Positions 33,840 through 47,395 of a stretch of 64,000 nucleotides of DNA are shown here, piece by piece. The position numbers were made by a program, and so were the translations under genes. Each line of letters starts with the position of its first letter. The stretch's first letter is position 1. The stretch covers positions 126,111,256 through 126,175,255 of the forward strand of contig NC_052149.1 in the NCBI RefSeq assembly GCF_902713615.1, in the 5' to 3' direction. The notes under the pieces are model-generated. The model ran no database searches and was not told the origin of the DNA. It saw only the letters and a program-made list of their open reading frames with translations. The DNA comes from Scyliorhinus canicula. Taxonomy: Eukaryota.

Positions 33840-36308
33840 TGTGATGGTTGAGGAGTATTTATCTAAGATCTGCCTGAGTAGTCGAGGTTGTAAGCTACTA
33901 GACAAGGTCTTGTGAATATCTAAAGTCAGACTCGCTATATGGGAGATCTATTTATAGTAGACACAATGTGCCTTGCGTTCACTACCTTTGGTGTACAGGA
34001 GAGACTGTGCCTTAGATGACTATCTTATCCTTAACGTGACTAAATAGTTCTAATTCCTGAGAGCTAGGCATGGGAAAGTGACCCTCCAGATAGCCTTAGA
34101 GGGTGAGAATATGATGAGTCTTAGTTAAATGTCACTCTTATTTATTAAAATAGACACGGATCTGTACGGCAAAATATATACGCAATTTATTTGAAGATAA
34201 AAGGGTAATACAAGTGTTTTGATAAATGATACAGTTTGACAGATACAGGATACGTGATGAGTTAGCCTGTGACCTTCTTAACTACATAATTGATTAAGCT
34301 ACAAACATTTCATACTCACAACGACTAGTAGTTGTCTCGGAATTCGATGCTCAATCACGAGCAGAATTCTACGAGTCGAGATAGCAGTTTAAACACCCAA
34401 TAATATCCTAAACAGCTCTCCAAGCGAAACTCTAACTTTCGCAGCTTTTGCTTGAATATTTATATTGTTTTTACACTCAGGGAGAGGTAGGGAGTTTGAG
34501 GGGAGTTTTAGCATAGCCCCTGCTTCTGAAAAACAAGTTAACTCCCCACAGTTATTTCGAGACAAAGAACAATCTCTCTCTTAGTTGGCAAGGCCTTAGT
34601 TTCAGAGAGGCCTAACAGGGCACCTGTTTCTAAATATTCGAGGTTGATACCTCTGGTAGCTATCTCCAGAAAAACAGCAGCCTCCCTTCTTGGCGGGGTC
34701 TCTTGCCAAGCAGCAGCCTCCCTTAGTGACAAGGCCACGAGACAGGCAATAACCTCCCTTAGTGACAAGACCACTAGCCAGGCAATAACCTCCCTTAGTG
34801 ACAAGGCCACTAGACAGACAATAACCTCCCTTAGTGACAAGACCACTAGCCAGGCAATAACCTCCCTGAGTGACAAGGCCACTAGACAGGCAATAACCTC
34901 CCTTAGTGACAAGGCCACTAGACAGGCAATAACCTCCCTTAGTGACAAGGGCACTAGACAGACAATAACCTCCCTTAGTGACAAGGCCACTAGACAGGCA
35001 ATAACCTCCCTTAGTGACAAGGCCACTAGACAGACAATAACCTCCCTTAGTGACAAGGCCACTAGACAAGCAATAACCTCCCTTAGTGACAAGGCCACTA
35101 GACAGGCAATAACCTCCCTTAGTGACAAGGGCACTAGACAGGCAATAACCTCCCTTAATGACAAGGCCACTAGACAAGCAATAACCTCCCTTAGTGACAA
35201 GGCCACTAGCCAGGCAATAACCCCCCTTAGTGACAAGGCCACTAGACAGGCAATAACCTCCCTTAGTGACAAGGCCACTAGACAGACAATAACCTCCCTT
35301 AGTGACAAGGCCACTAGACAGGCAATAACCTCCCTTAGTGACAAGGCCACTAGACAGACAATAACCTCCCTTAGTGACAAGGCCACTAGACAAGCAATAA
35401 CCTCCCTGAGTGACAAGGCCACTAGACAGGCAATAACCTCCCTTAGTGACAAGGGCACTAGACAGGCAATAACCCCCCTTAGTGACAAGACCACTAGCCA
35501 GGCAATAACCTCCCTGAGTGACAAGGCCACGAGACAGGCAATAACCCCCCTTAGTGACAAGGCCACTAGACAGACAATAACCTCCCTTAGTGACAAGGCC
35601 ACTAGACAAGCAATAACCTCCCTGAGTGACAAGGCCACTAGACAGGCAATAACCTCCCTTAGTGACAAGGCCACTAGACAGACAATAACCTCCCTTAGTG
35701 ACAAGGCCACTAGACAAGCAATAACCTCCCTGAGTGACAAGGCCACTAGACAGGCAATAACCTCCCTTAGTGACAAGGGCACTAGACAGGCAATAACCCC
35801 CCTTAGTGACAAGACCACTAGCCAGGCAATAACCTCCCTGAGTGACAAGGCCACGAGACAGGCAATAACCTCCCTTAGTGACAAGGGCACTAGACAGACA
35901 ATAACCTCCCTTAGTGACAAGGCCACTAGACAAGCAATAACCTCCCTTAGTGACAAGGCCACTAGACAGACAATAACCTCCCTTAGTGACAAGGCCACTA
36001 GACAAGCAATAACCTCCCTTAGTTTTCGAAGCTTATTTCCAGACAAGGCCATGAGACTTAATGAGTTCACTGCATCTGGACTCTTACAAAGATAATACAT
36101 ATTAAAAAACATTATTGCGATAAGTAATGGTTTACATTGATAATGGACTGATCAATCAGTTTTTAACAACTGATCGAGTTTTTAATATCGGGTTAAATAC
36201 ATGATTTAACAGAGCATCAGCTCTGATCAGCTTTTAATATAAAGTGAATATATGATTTAATATAAAATGAGTTCTGATCAGCCTTTAATATAGGTGGATA
36301 CCACCACA
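33840..36308 (-). mobile_element. 2.47-kb solo LTR (ERV/gypsy-type) with a minisatellite in U3
   Basis: Minus strand TGTGGTGGTAT...CCATCACA; 4-bp TSD GTAG/ATAG; TATAAA at 34459-34464; AATAAA at 34186-34191 and 34141-34146. Confidence 0.75.
34717..36022 (+). repeat. 36-bp minisatellite, ~36 units (CCTCCCTTAGTGACAAGGCCACTAGACAGGCAATAA)
   Basis: 12-aa periodicity in three ORFs; marker units 324 bp apart (35487, 35811). Confidence 0.97.
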
Positions 36309-37846
36309 GTAGGCCAGGCCCCTCATATCGAGCACGCCCGCCGATTGGTGGCCCCGGATCGCTGGCCTGTCCGTTGTGGAGGACCCCCCCCCCGCCCCCC
36401 GGAGACTGATCCCCCTGCCCCCCCCCACCAGGAGGGCCACCGCAGCCGCGACGCTGAGCTCCCGCCAGGTGGAACCATACGTGAACCACGCCGGTGGGAA
36501 CTCGGCCGGTCGACCGTGGAGGATCGCCACGGGGGCCTCTTTCAATGGCCCCTGACCGGCGCCACGTTGACCGCGTGCACGCGACTGGCGCTGATTCTCC
36601 GGTCGCCGGAGGTTCACATCCCGCTGTCAGACCCGATCTCCATTCTCTGTCCCTGTGCCGAGCGTGATTTCGGCGCAGAGAAACCCGGCCAATGTGCTTT
36701 GCAGCCTGCAGACATAATTTGCTTTTTTTAGATTATGTCGACGAGGTCATTGCTGTGTGGAGCCACGGAAGGCAGAGAGACATTTTGTAAAGTTGTGCAG
36801 GATCAATGTTTATTTGGAGAAACTTTGCAGAGAGGAGTTGAATTCTGATCTGCCTGGCGCAGAGTCCACAATTCTCCCACATTCAGATGGATTGAGCGCT
36901 GTGTGTCTCTTTTCTTGTTGTTCAAAGGGAATTGAGTTGTTTAAGGGGTAAGTGTGAGCTGTTATTTTGGGATGTGAAATTTAACAGCTAGTATTGTATT
37001 CATATTAAACTTTTGTATTGAAATGACCAAATTCCATTTCTTCATGCAACCACTCCTGGAGGAAATAATTCTTTCCGCAGAGTCTGACAAATAAACTTAA
37101 ATATTGGATCCAGTTTCAGAGCCGCTGTTGGAGTCGAGTCTGGGATCATTTTAATGGATAAACCAGTTCTCCCCCACATCCTTTCAAGTCTGCGTCACTT
37201 GGATTAAGTGAGTGGAGATGAGGCCGTAGCAGGGGGAACGGTCAGGGTGAGAGAGAGGAATGGTTTTATTGGGACAAGGATATCAAAGGTGGAGGTGAGG
37301 GTGAGGTTGGGTAAATCAGTCGCTGCAGAAATGTTGTGGTGATCGGAGGGCCAGAGACAGATAGTTGGCATTTTGTAGGTGCCGTTGGAAGTGAAATGGG
37401 GAATAGGTTTTTCCAGGGATGGATACAGAAAGAGGGTAGGGTTGGGGTGTGGAAGGGGTATGTGGGTGGGGAGTGATACAAGGACGTGATCAGAGATGGT
37501 CTTATCTGTGATTGAAACTATGGGAATAGTGAGACCACGTGAGGTGGTTAGGTCAAGGGGGAGGTGGGGAATATGGGTTGGAGAATTGTGATTGTGATGA
37601 TTTAATCCCAGAAACTTTCAGTCTCTTTTCTGATTTGAATCTTTCAACTCAGATATTCCAGATAAAACTGATCATTTTAAAATGATTGATAATTGTCTTT
37701 GAATCCAAGCTTCTGCCGATGTGTCATTGATTGACAGGCCAACTAGCCAATCATGACAATCACTTGCTGAAATGTAGCCAATCAGCTGATGGGGAGGAGG
37801 AACATTTCCAAAGCACACACGAGACACAGACTGAATATTCTTAATG

Positions 37847-37852
37847 TTTATT
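37847..37852 (-). terminator. Probable polyadenylation signal of the kappa transcript (alternative at 38059-38064)
   Basis: AATAAA followed by GU-rich GTCTGTGTCTCGTGTGTG on the minus strand, ~500 nt after the stop. Confidence 0.55.
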
Positions 37853-38349
37853 ACCTTTTACAGATTTACATTGTCAGAAAAAAGACTTGAATAAACAGCC
37901 CAGCCAGAGAAAGCTGGAGAAATTCACAGGGAAAATATGGAGATTTTCTCAATGACATGAGAATGCTGTCCTTTAAATGGTGACTAAACCTTAAATTGTA
38001 ACTGCAGGGTGAGCAGGAAGGAGGTCTGGTTTCCTGAAGTAGAGACTTCAGGGGTCACTTTATTTTGGTACAGCTGACAGTCTTCAGCATCTTAGAGAGG
38101 TTTTACTTGGCATCACGAGTCTGCACTGTCCCATCAAACATTCCCAGGACAGATGCTGCATGGGATTACATGCAGAGTAAATATCCCTCTGCACTGTCCC
38201 AAAAACATGTCTTAACCCCTGACCCTCAGTAGTGCCTCAGTCCCGAGAAGGAGAGAGTTGTAATTCAGTGCTGACAATGACCTTTGCCCTCCCAGCTCAC
38301 CCCTGTTCTATTTAAAGTTGTGTCTCCTCTGTGGACTGTCTCTAACACT

Positions 38350-38678
38350 CTACACACATTCTGATCTCCTGATGCTCTTGCTGAGGGCAGAGGAGAGGCT
38401 CACGTGGGTGAGGGCACAGGAGAAGCGGGCGTTGGACTCCCAGGCAGAGCCAGAGAGGGTCAGCAGGCTGCTGACGCTGTAGGTGTTGTCCGAAGCTCGC
38501 AGGTAGTTGCTGGTCTGAACCCCGTCCGAAATGGCTGCACCATCCTTCTTCCACTCCACCACCAGCTCATCGGGATAGAAGTGATTGGCAAGGCACACCA
38601 GGGTGGCAGTGCCCTTGGTCTTGACCTCCTCCAGGGAGGGGGGCAGCAGGGTCAGCGTTGGTTGTGAATTTTCACGGC
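38350..38678 (-). CDS. IGKC: Ig kappa constant exon (RENSQPTLTLLPPS...VCLANHFYP...W...FSCALTH...RSECV*)
   Basis: C1-set Cys-Trp-Cys, penultimate Cys, TAG at 38350-38352; acceptor TTTCAG|GC in phase with the J donor; resembles shark kappa (NS4/type III) C. Confidence 0.96.
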
Positions 38679-41600
38679 CTGAAAGAGAGGGAAAGGAATT
38701 TAAATCTCTACCATTATAAAGGATTTAATCTTCCTGAAGATTACCTGGGATCAAATCAATGTCAGTGTATATGTCTGTGCAGATGATCTAGATTGCTGGC
38801 AATCCATTCTCGGGAACTTCTTTAACCTGTACCGAAAAATCCCAACAAGAAAGAGGCAGTTTTGGACAGTTTTCGCGATTAAATCTGGGCAGGCGAAGGG
38901 GTATCAGTGGAAGAGTATTTGGGTAATAGTGATCATAATTCAGTTCAATTTAGAGTAGTTATGGAAAAGGATAAAGATAAACCAAGAGTAAAAGTTTTAA
39001 ATTGGGGAAAGGCCACTTTTACAAAACTGGGATTTGCCAAAATGACTTCTACGTTATTATTACTTATTTTTTCTGTTCGGTGAACCCAGGTTCGAATCCC
39101 ATCACAGCAGATGGCCAAATTTGAATCCAATAAAAATTGAATTCAATGTTTAATGATGACCCTGAAATGACTGTTGATTGTTGTAAAAGCCCATCTCGTT
39201 CACTAATGTCCTTTTGGGAAAGAAGTCTGCCGTCCTTACGTGGTCTGGCCTACATGTGATTCCAGGCTAACAACAATTTGGTTGACATCTGGGAAAACAC
39301 TTCTGAAATGCAGCCACTTAGAGGGCAATTAGGGATGGGCAATAACTGCTGGCCCAGAAAATGACACCCACACCAATGAATACATTTAAAAAACAATTCA
39401 CCCAGCAACGTGGAAAATTGCCCAGGTTTGTCCTGCACACACCAAACAGGACAAATCCAACCCGGCCGATTACTGCTCCATCAGGCTACTCTCGATCATC
39501 AGTAAGGGATGATCAACAGTGCTATCAAGTGTCGTTCAGTCTTGGGGTCACTCAGCTCCTGACCTCATTACAGCCTTGGTTCAAACATGGACAAAAGAGC
39601 TGAACTCCAGCGGTGAGGCCAGAGTAACTGCCCTTTGACCTCGAGGCAGCATTTGACCAAGTTTGGTATCAAGGAGCCCGAGCAAAACTGGAGTCAATGG
39701 GAATCAGGGGGAAAACTCTCCGCTGGTTGGAGTCATACCCAGCACAAAGGAAGATAACTGTGAATATTGGAGGTCAGTCATCTCTGTCCTCAGACATCCA
39801 CACAATCCCTACAGTGCAGAAAGAGGCCATTTGACCCTTTGAGTCGGCACCAGCCCTCCAAAACAGTACCGCACCCAGGTCCACTCCCCCGGCCAATCCC
39901 CACAGACCAATCTAACCTTTGGATTCTAAGTCACAATTTAACCTGGCTAATCCACTTAACCTGAATTTTCTTGGACTGTGGGAGGAAACCGGAGCACCCA
40001 AAGAAAACCCATGCAGACAGCGGGAGAACGTGCAAAATCCATAAAGTCACCCAAGGTTGGAATCGAACACATGTCTCCGGCGCTGTGAGGCAGAAGTGCC
40101 AACCACTCTGCCACCATGGACATTACTCACGGGTTCTTCAGGGGAGGCTCCGAGGCTCAACCAGCTTCAGCTGCTTCATGAATGACTTTCTTTCTGTCAT
40201 GAGGTCAGACGTGGGGATGTTCATTCATGACTGCACAATGTTCAGCACAATGTTCAGCACCATTCACAACTCCACAGACACTGAAGCAGACCTTGCCCTA
40301 TTACAACAAGGCCTGGACAAAACCCCGGTTTGGGCTGGCAACTGGCAAGTAACATTTGTGCCAGACAATGACCATCTCCAACAAGAGAGAATCTAACCAT
40401 TAACCCTTCACATTCAAAGGCAGTACCTTCACCAAGTTCCCGATTATCAGCATCCTGCAGGTTACCAATTACCAGAAACTGAACTGGACTAACCATATAA
40501 ATACTGTGACGACAAGAGCAGGTCAAAGATGAGGAATCCTGTGGCAGGTAACTCACCTCCTGACTCCCTAAAGCTTATCCACCATTTACAAGACACAAGC
40601 TGGGAGTGTGATGGAATACTCTCCACTTCCCTGGATGAGTGCAACTTCAAAAGCACTCAAAGAGCTCAACACCATCCAGGACAAAGAACCCCCACATGAT
40701 TGGTACCCCACCCACAAACATTCTCTCCCTCCACCACTGATGAACAGTGGCAGCCGTCTGTACCATCTACAAGATGCACTGCATGATCTCACCAAGGTTC
40801 CTTGGGCAGCAGCTTCCAAACCCACAACCACGACCATCTAGAAGGACAAAGGCAGCAGATACATGGGTCGGGATTCTCCAGGAACGTGGCTAAGTGTTGA
40901 CGCCGGCATAAACACCGGAGTGCTTCACGCCGGCATCAATGGGTGTCTTGGTCCAGCGATTCTGTATCCCACAGGGAGCCAGCACGGCACTGGACTACTC
41001 TGCACTGCTCCAGCTGCCGTACGCAGCTCTGCAATGCTGGCCGCGGGTCCCTACATACATGTGGCGGCCGCTTCCACGCCAACACTGCACAACATGGCAG
41101 AGCAACACAGCAGACCGGCACGGAAGAAGGTAGGTCCCCACAAGGTAGGCCCGCCGATGGTGGTCCCCGATCACGGACCTGGCCGTCGTGGAGGCCCATC
41201 CAGAAGACTGATTCCCCCCCGCCCTCCACCAGGACGGCCACTGCAGCCACGACGCCGAGCTCCCACCGGTTGCAACCATATATGAACCACGTCGGCGGGA
41301 ACTCGGCTGGTCGACCGCGGAGAATCACCGCGGGGGCCTCTTTCAAAGGTCCCTGACTGGTGTCGCATTGACCGCGCGCATGTAACTGCCGCCGAATCTC
41401 CGGTCGCCGGAGAATCACGTCCCAGCGTCGGACCCAATCACGGGTCTGAGGCCCCATTCTGCGCCACCGCTCCGAGCGCCATTTCGCCGCGGAGGCTCGG
41501 AGAATCCTGGTCTTGGGGCCAGCACTCCCTGGAACTTGGCCACCAAGTCACTAACCATCCTGACTTGGAAATATATTACCATTCCTTCATTGTCACCGAT

Positions 41601-43710
41601 TCGAAATCCTGGAACTCCCTTCCTAACAGCACTCTCGGTGTATCTATACCGCAAGGACACCAGCGGATTCAGAAGGCAGTTCACCACCACCTTCTGAAGG
41701 CTATGAAGGATGGGCAATAAACGCTGGTCCAACCAAAAACTCCCACATCACAGAAATAAATTTCAAAATTGCAAAATGAATTTGTGGTAGCAATTAAGAG
41801 AAGAAAAAGTTAACTTGTGTGTGGAGTTGGGAGACATGGAGATAGTTCTTAATGAATAATTGACATCAGTTTTCACAAATGAGAGAGACAAAGCTGGCAA
41901 TGGAAGAGTGATAATGTTGTACCGTTGTTTAAAAAGGGAGGAAGGGACAGACTGAGTCATTACTGACCAGTCAGTCTAACCTCAGTGGTGGGGAAATTAT
42001 TGGAAATAATTCTGAGAGAAATTAGAATCATCATTGAGAGAGACACAGTTCGATCAAGGACAGTCAACATGGATTTGTGAAGGGAAGGTCCTGTCTGACT
42101 AACTTGATTGACTTTTTTGAAGAGGGAACGAGGAGTGTTGATGAGGGGAGGGAGTTTGATGTTGACAACATGGGTTTTCCAAGAACTTTGACAGTTCTCC
42201 AACAACAGACGTGTCTGAAAATTAAAAGCTGATGGAATCAAAGGGAAAATTGAAAATTGGATTTCAAATTGGTTCAGTGTCAGGAGGTAAAGGTTTGCTG
42301 TTAAACTGGTTAAATCATTTTGGAATGTTATCTAAACATTTGTAAAGAAGGTTACTACAAATTCAGCACTGAAATGGTTTCTTTTAATTTCGAGTACCCA
42401 ATTCATATTTTTCCCAATTAAGGGGCAATTTAGCGTGACCAATCCACCTACCCTGCACGTCTTCGGGTTGTGGGGGTGAGACCCACGCAGACACGGAGAG
42501 AATGTGCAAACTCCACACGGACAGTGATCCGGGGCCGGGATTAAACCCGGGCACTCAGTGCCATAGGTAGTAGTGCTAACCACTGCACCACCATGCCACC
42601 TAGCACTGAAATTGCTAATAGTATAAGTTTTTAAAGACACAATGTCCCTTCAAGAGACTGTTAACCAGCCAGGAAGCTCGAACTATTGATCAGAATTTTT
42701 GGGGGAACAGGTTGAACATTAACAAGCCACACACAGAGCGGGAGAACTTTATCCCAGAACATTGGAGCAGACTTGGAGCAACACATTTCACAAAGGATTC
42801 TGATCGGAGGTCAGTACAGAAGTTTCTAGATTTAATTTCAAACCCTGCCGCCCAGCACTGGGCTGAGGTCAAGGGTGAGGCTACAATTAGCCTCAGTGTC
42901 CGGGGGTCAGACAGGGTCATTGCTCCTAATAACCCCCTGGCCTTTGGAGGCTGAGAGTGTGCGAACAATGGGCGAGGGTCAGGATCAGGAATCTCCAAAG
43001 TTAAAGAAAGATTTGCATCTCTGTAGCATCTGAACCACCTGATGTTGTCCTCAAATGTTTTGCAGCCAATTGTGCACAGCAAGATCCCAAAACAGCAATG
43101 AGTCAATGAGCATTTGGAGGAATGTTGAATCAGGGATAAATATCAGACTGAACTCGACCCAAAGAGAAAGTAACTGAGAGTCTCCCCAAAAGCCTGGAAC
43201 ACTGAAGCCACTGGATTGTGAGCCCTGCTGGACCTGTTTGTCATCAGAACTTTGCTAAGAGATAAGCAGGGAGTGGAGAGAGCAGAGTTAAAGCTGGGGG
43301 AAGTGGGACCTCGGTGTCTCACTGTGCTGCTGCTGCTGCTGTGATCAGTTATATCAGAGAGTGTGACAGGGAGCCAGAGCTCACATCAAACTCTGCCCGT
43401 GTCTGTCACACGCAGACTGACAGGAGTCTAGTGAGTGATTTCACTCCATGGTCCAGGAATGTGAACACAGTCTGCAAACGTCCAGATCTCCTCCACACGG
43501 TGGGTAAAAGCTGCTTACTTATATCTTGCTGCTTAAAGGGGGGAATGGAACTAAAGAAATACAGCTGGGCACCCTGTTCTACACAGTGTTCTTCAATGAA
43601 CCATTTCATTCACTGCAGCTCCCCACTAACACCTTCAACTATTCAGCATTTGTGTTTGAGAAAGTTTCAGTATTGAAAGGGTTAATAACGGAGGATTGGG
43701 GTTTACTTAC

Positions 43711-43745
43711 TCAGTCTGAGCTTGGTTCCTTTACCGAACGTAAGC
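43711..43745 (-). CDS. IGKJ: Ig kappa J segment, cluster 2
   Basis: LTFGKGTKLRL; GTAAGT donor; J-C intron 38679-43710. Confidence 0.96.
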
Positions 43746-43784
43746 CACACTGACAGCTTCCAGTGCAGGGGCTGTACAAAAACC
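43746..43784 (+). other. 23-RSS of J (cluster 2)
   Basis: CACACTG, 23-nt spacer, ACAAAAACC. Confidence 0.95.
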
Positions 43785-44141
43785 TCTGCTCTCTGCTTCA
43801 CTCACTCACTCTCACCCTCTCTCTGTCTCTCTCTGTGTCTCTCACTCACTCATGTCTTTCTCTCTCACTCTTTCTCTCTCCCTGTTTCTCTCAATGTCTC
43901 TGTGTTTTGTTGGGAGAGTTGAGAATTCTAATTTTCGATGATAAATCTTTCAGCTGCTCTTCATATGTGGACATGGAGAGTAAGATGGAAACTTGAGGCC
44001 TTCAGTGAGCTGTGGACACCACAGGGACTGGAGTGTGTAGTGGACGGTGAGAATCATTTGTACAGTTTCCTATCTTGTGTTTATTCTCTATTACATAAAA
44101 CTGGGATGTATCAGTACAGGAGGTGGGAATGTGTGTATTGG

Positions 44142-44169
44142 GGTTTTTGTAAGGCTCTGTATCACTGTG
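44142..44169 (-). other. 12-RSS of V (cluster 2)
   Basis: CACAGTG, 12-nt spacer, ACAAAAACC. Confidence 0.98.
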
Positions 44170-44467
44170 TAGGGGTAGCTGCCATACTGCTGACAGTAAT
44201 AATCAGCGACATCCTCATTCTGCACATTGCTGATTGTCAGGGTGTATTGTGTTCCAGATCCACTGCCGGTGAATCGGTCGGATATTCCTGTGAATCGGGT
44301 TGAGGCAGAGTAGATCAGCAGAGCCGGTTTCTGACCTTCTCGCTGTTGATACCAAGCAACATAACCGCTAACAGATTGACTGGCCGTACAGGTGAGGGTC
44401 GCAGTCTGGCCCAGGCTCAATGACAGCACCGGGGGAGACTGGGTCATGATGATGTCTCCACTGATAC
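44170..44467 (-). CDS. IGKV: Ig kappa V exon, cluster 2 (...[10 protein letters not shown])
   Basis: As cluster 1; 298 nt, open frame, unrearranged. Confidence 0.96.
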
Positions 44468-44653
44468 CTGAGGGGTAATAGAGAAACAGAGTGAAGTAAG
44501 AACTGTCACAGAAAGAGCCTGTACAATGAGATATTGTTGGAGACACTGACTGTTCCTCTGCTTTCAGCATTTTCCCTTCAATCACAAGTCAGTAGAATTG
44601 GATTGAAATGGAGAGCAGGAAAATATTCAAGGTGGAAGGAGAGAGATTTGTAC

Positions 44654-44702
44654 CTGCGATGCAGAATGCCAGAGGCCAGATCAGCTGGATGGCTGAAATC
44701 AT
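44654..44702 (-). CDS. IGKV: Leader exon, cluster 2
   Basis: Identical to the cluster 1 leader. Confidence 0.9.
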
Positions 44703-44762
44703 GGTGTCTGCTCCTGTCCCTGTGCCTGGTTACTGATAAACTCTCCCTTCACTGGGCTCTGC

Positions 44763-44841
44763 TTTATAAAGCTGCAGCCTGTGAGAGTCTGACTGCCCGT
44801 TCCTCAGTATGTAAATGGTATGAGGCAGAGACACCACGTCA
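44763..44841 (-). promoter_or_regulatory. V promoter, cluster 2
   Basis: TATA 44763-44770, ATTTACAT 44809-44816, TGACGTGG 44834-44841. Confidence 0.7.
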
Positions 44842-45177
44842 GCACCTTCACTTCCTCTTCTTCTCTCTCACTCACTCCCTCCCTCAGTATCTGTCCCTCA
44901 GTCTCTGCTCTCTCTCTCTCTCTCTTCCTGTCTCTTTTCTCCTCTGTGTCAGTTTCCCAGTTTCTGCCTCTGACTCTCCCTGTCTCTGACTGTCTCTATG
45001 TATTCTCTTTCCTTTCTCTCTCTCTTTGTCCATCTCTCTCACTCTTTCTTTCTCTCTCTCTCTCTCAGTATCCCTCTATCTCTCTGTACCATTCTCCATC
45101 GTCCTGCAATTCTCCAACTGATCTCTGTAACTGGTGTCATTATTGGAGATTGGAACACTTTAAGTACTTGTGCAGCA

Positions 45178-46641
45178 GTTAAATGCTTCCCACTCTCTCT
45201 CTCTGTCAGTCTGCCCCTCGCTCTCTCTTTCCCACACTCTCCGAGGTGGATCACAGTTAAATGCTGCCCTCTCTCTCTCTCTGTCACAGTCTGTTCCTCG
45301 CTCTCTCTTTCCCACACTCTCCCAGGTGGATCACAGTTAAATGCTTCCCTCTCTCTCTCTCTGTCACAGTCTGCCCCTCGCTCTCTCTTTCCCACACTCT
45401 CCCAGGTGGATCACAGTTAAATGCTTCCCTCTCTCTCTCTGTCACAGTCTGCCTCTCGCTCTCTCTTTCCCACACTCTCCCAGGTGGATCACAGTTAAAT
45501 GCTTCCCACTCTCTCTCTCTCTCTCTCTGTCACAGTCTGCCCCTCGCTCTCTCTTTCCCACACTTTCCCAGGTGGATCACAGTTAAAAGCTTCCCCCCCC
45601 CCCCCCCCCCCCCCGCTCTCTCTATCACAGTCTGTTCCTCGCTCTCTCTTTCCCACACTCTCCCAGGTGGATCACAGTTAAATGCTGCTCTCTCTCTCTC
45701 TCTGTCACAGTCTGCTCCTCACTCTCTCTTTCCCACACTCTCCCAGGTGGATCACAGTTAAATGCTTCCCTCTCTCTCTGTGTCACAGTCTGTTCCTCGC
45801 TCTCTCTTTCCCACACTCTCCCAGGTGGATCACAGTTAAATGCTTCCCTCTCTCTCTGTCACAGTCTGCCCGTCGCTCTGTCTTTCCCACACTTTCCCAG
45901 GTGGATCACAGTTAAAAGCTTCCCCCCCCCTCTCTCTACTGTATCACAGTCTGCTCCTCGCTCTCTCTTTCCCACACTCTCCCAGGTGGATCACAGTTAA
46001 ATGCTGCTCTCTCTCTCTCTCTGTCACAGTCTGCTCCTCGCTCTCTCTTTCCCACACTCTCCCAGGTGGATCACAGTTAAATGCTGCCCTCTCTCTCTCT
46101 CTCTCTCTGTCACAGTCTGCTCCTCACTCTCTCTTTCCCACACTCTCCCAGGTGGATCACAGTTAAATGCTTCCCTCTCTCTCTCTGTCACAGTCTGTCC
46201 CTCGCTCTCTCTATCCCACACTCTCCCAGGTGGATCACAGTTAAATGCTTCCCTCTCGCTCTCTCTGTCACAGTCTGCTCCTCGCTCTCTCTTTCCCACA
46301 CTCTCCCAGGTGGATCACAGTTAAATGCTTCCCCCTCTCTCTCTGTCACAGTCTGTTCCTCGCTCCCTCTTTCCCACACTCTCCCAGGTGGATCACAGTT
46401 AAATGCTTCCCTCTCTCTCTCGGTCACAGTCTGTTCCTCGCTCTCTCTATCCCACACTCTCCCAGGTGGATCACAGTTAAATGCTTCCCTCTCTCTCTCA
46501 CTCTGTCATTCTGTTCCTCGCTCTCTCTATCCCACACTCTCCCAGGTGGATCACAGTTAAATGCTTCCCTCTCTCTGTCTCGGTCACAGTCTGCTCCTCG
46601 CTCTCTCTTTCCCACATTCTTCCAGGTGGATCACAGTTAAA
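45178..46641 (+). repeat. ~79-bp minisatellite, 18 units (17 with CAGGTG)
   Basis: Counted by eye. Confidence 0.95.
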
Positions 46642-47085
46642 TTTAGGATAAATCTTCCTCTGCTCTGCCTCAACAATGGAGGTTAACTCTTGACCCCAGA
46701 AGCATATCTTCTGAAGTAAGGCCCCATTTCCCACATTGACCATGCTGCAGCCTTGCTCAGTCAGACTGACAGATTATTGTCAGATTAAGGGTAGTTCTGT
46801 GCTGTTGGTCTATTCTCACTGGGCACTGGTTCAGACACAATATTTAATGAAGGCCCAGCAGAGAGAGGAGATCCTCACCCCATTAGTGTGAGCTGGAGGG
46901 ACAGAGACTGAGCCACTGATGCATCCTGTCCATTCAGAGCACATTCAGATCCCTTCCCCCCTCCTTCCCCTTCCATGGTCAGTCTCTGGGGTCCTGGTGT
47001 TTAACTGGGATGAGGGTTGGATAACCACACATTTACAACATAAAGGAACCATCCTCCTTATCGACCATGGTGTCCATGTCTTAAC

Positions 47086-47395
47086 TGACCCTCCAATCCG
47101 GACCAGTAAACATGGGCCTCCTTCCCACTGACCCTCCAATAGGGACCAGTAAACATGGGCCTCCTTCCAACTGACCCTCCAATAGGGACCAGTAAACATG
47201 GGCCTCCTTCCCACTGGACCCTCCAATAGGGACCAGTAAACATGGGCCTCCTTCCCACTGGACCCTCCAATAGGGACCAGTAAACATGGGCCTCCTTCCC
47301 ACTGGACCCTCCAATAGGGACCAGAAAACATGGGCCTCCTTCCCACTGGACCCTCCAATAGGGACCAGTAAACATGGGCCTCCTTCCCACTGGAC
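47086..47395 (+). repeat. 44-bp minisatellite, 7 units
   Basis: Counted by eye. Confidence 0.95.

Larger units (their letters stand above)
33571..36690. mobile_element. Harbinger-type TIR element split by a solo LTR
   Basis: Perfect 13-bp TIRs GGCCGGGTTTCTC / GAGAAACCCGGCC and AAT TSD; body homologous to 1774-2492. Confidence 0.85.

Noticed and set aside
34538-36112. Three long ORFs (467-524 aa) as protein-coding genes
   Set aside because: They overlap on both strands and are simply the stop-free frames of a 36-bp minisatellite inside a solo LTR.
36720-37150. Possible additional degenerate LTR
   Set aside because: No recognisable termini or TSD; insufficient support.
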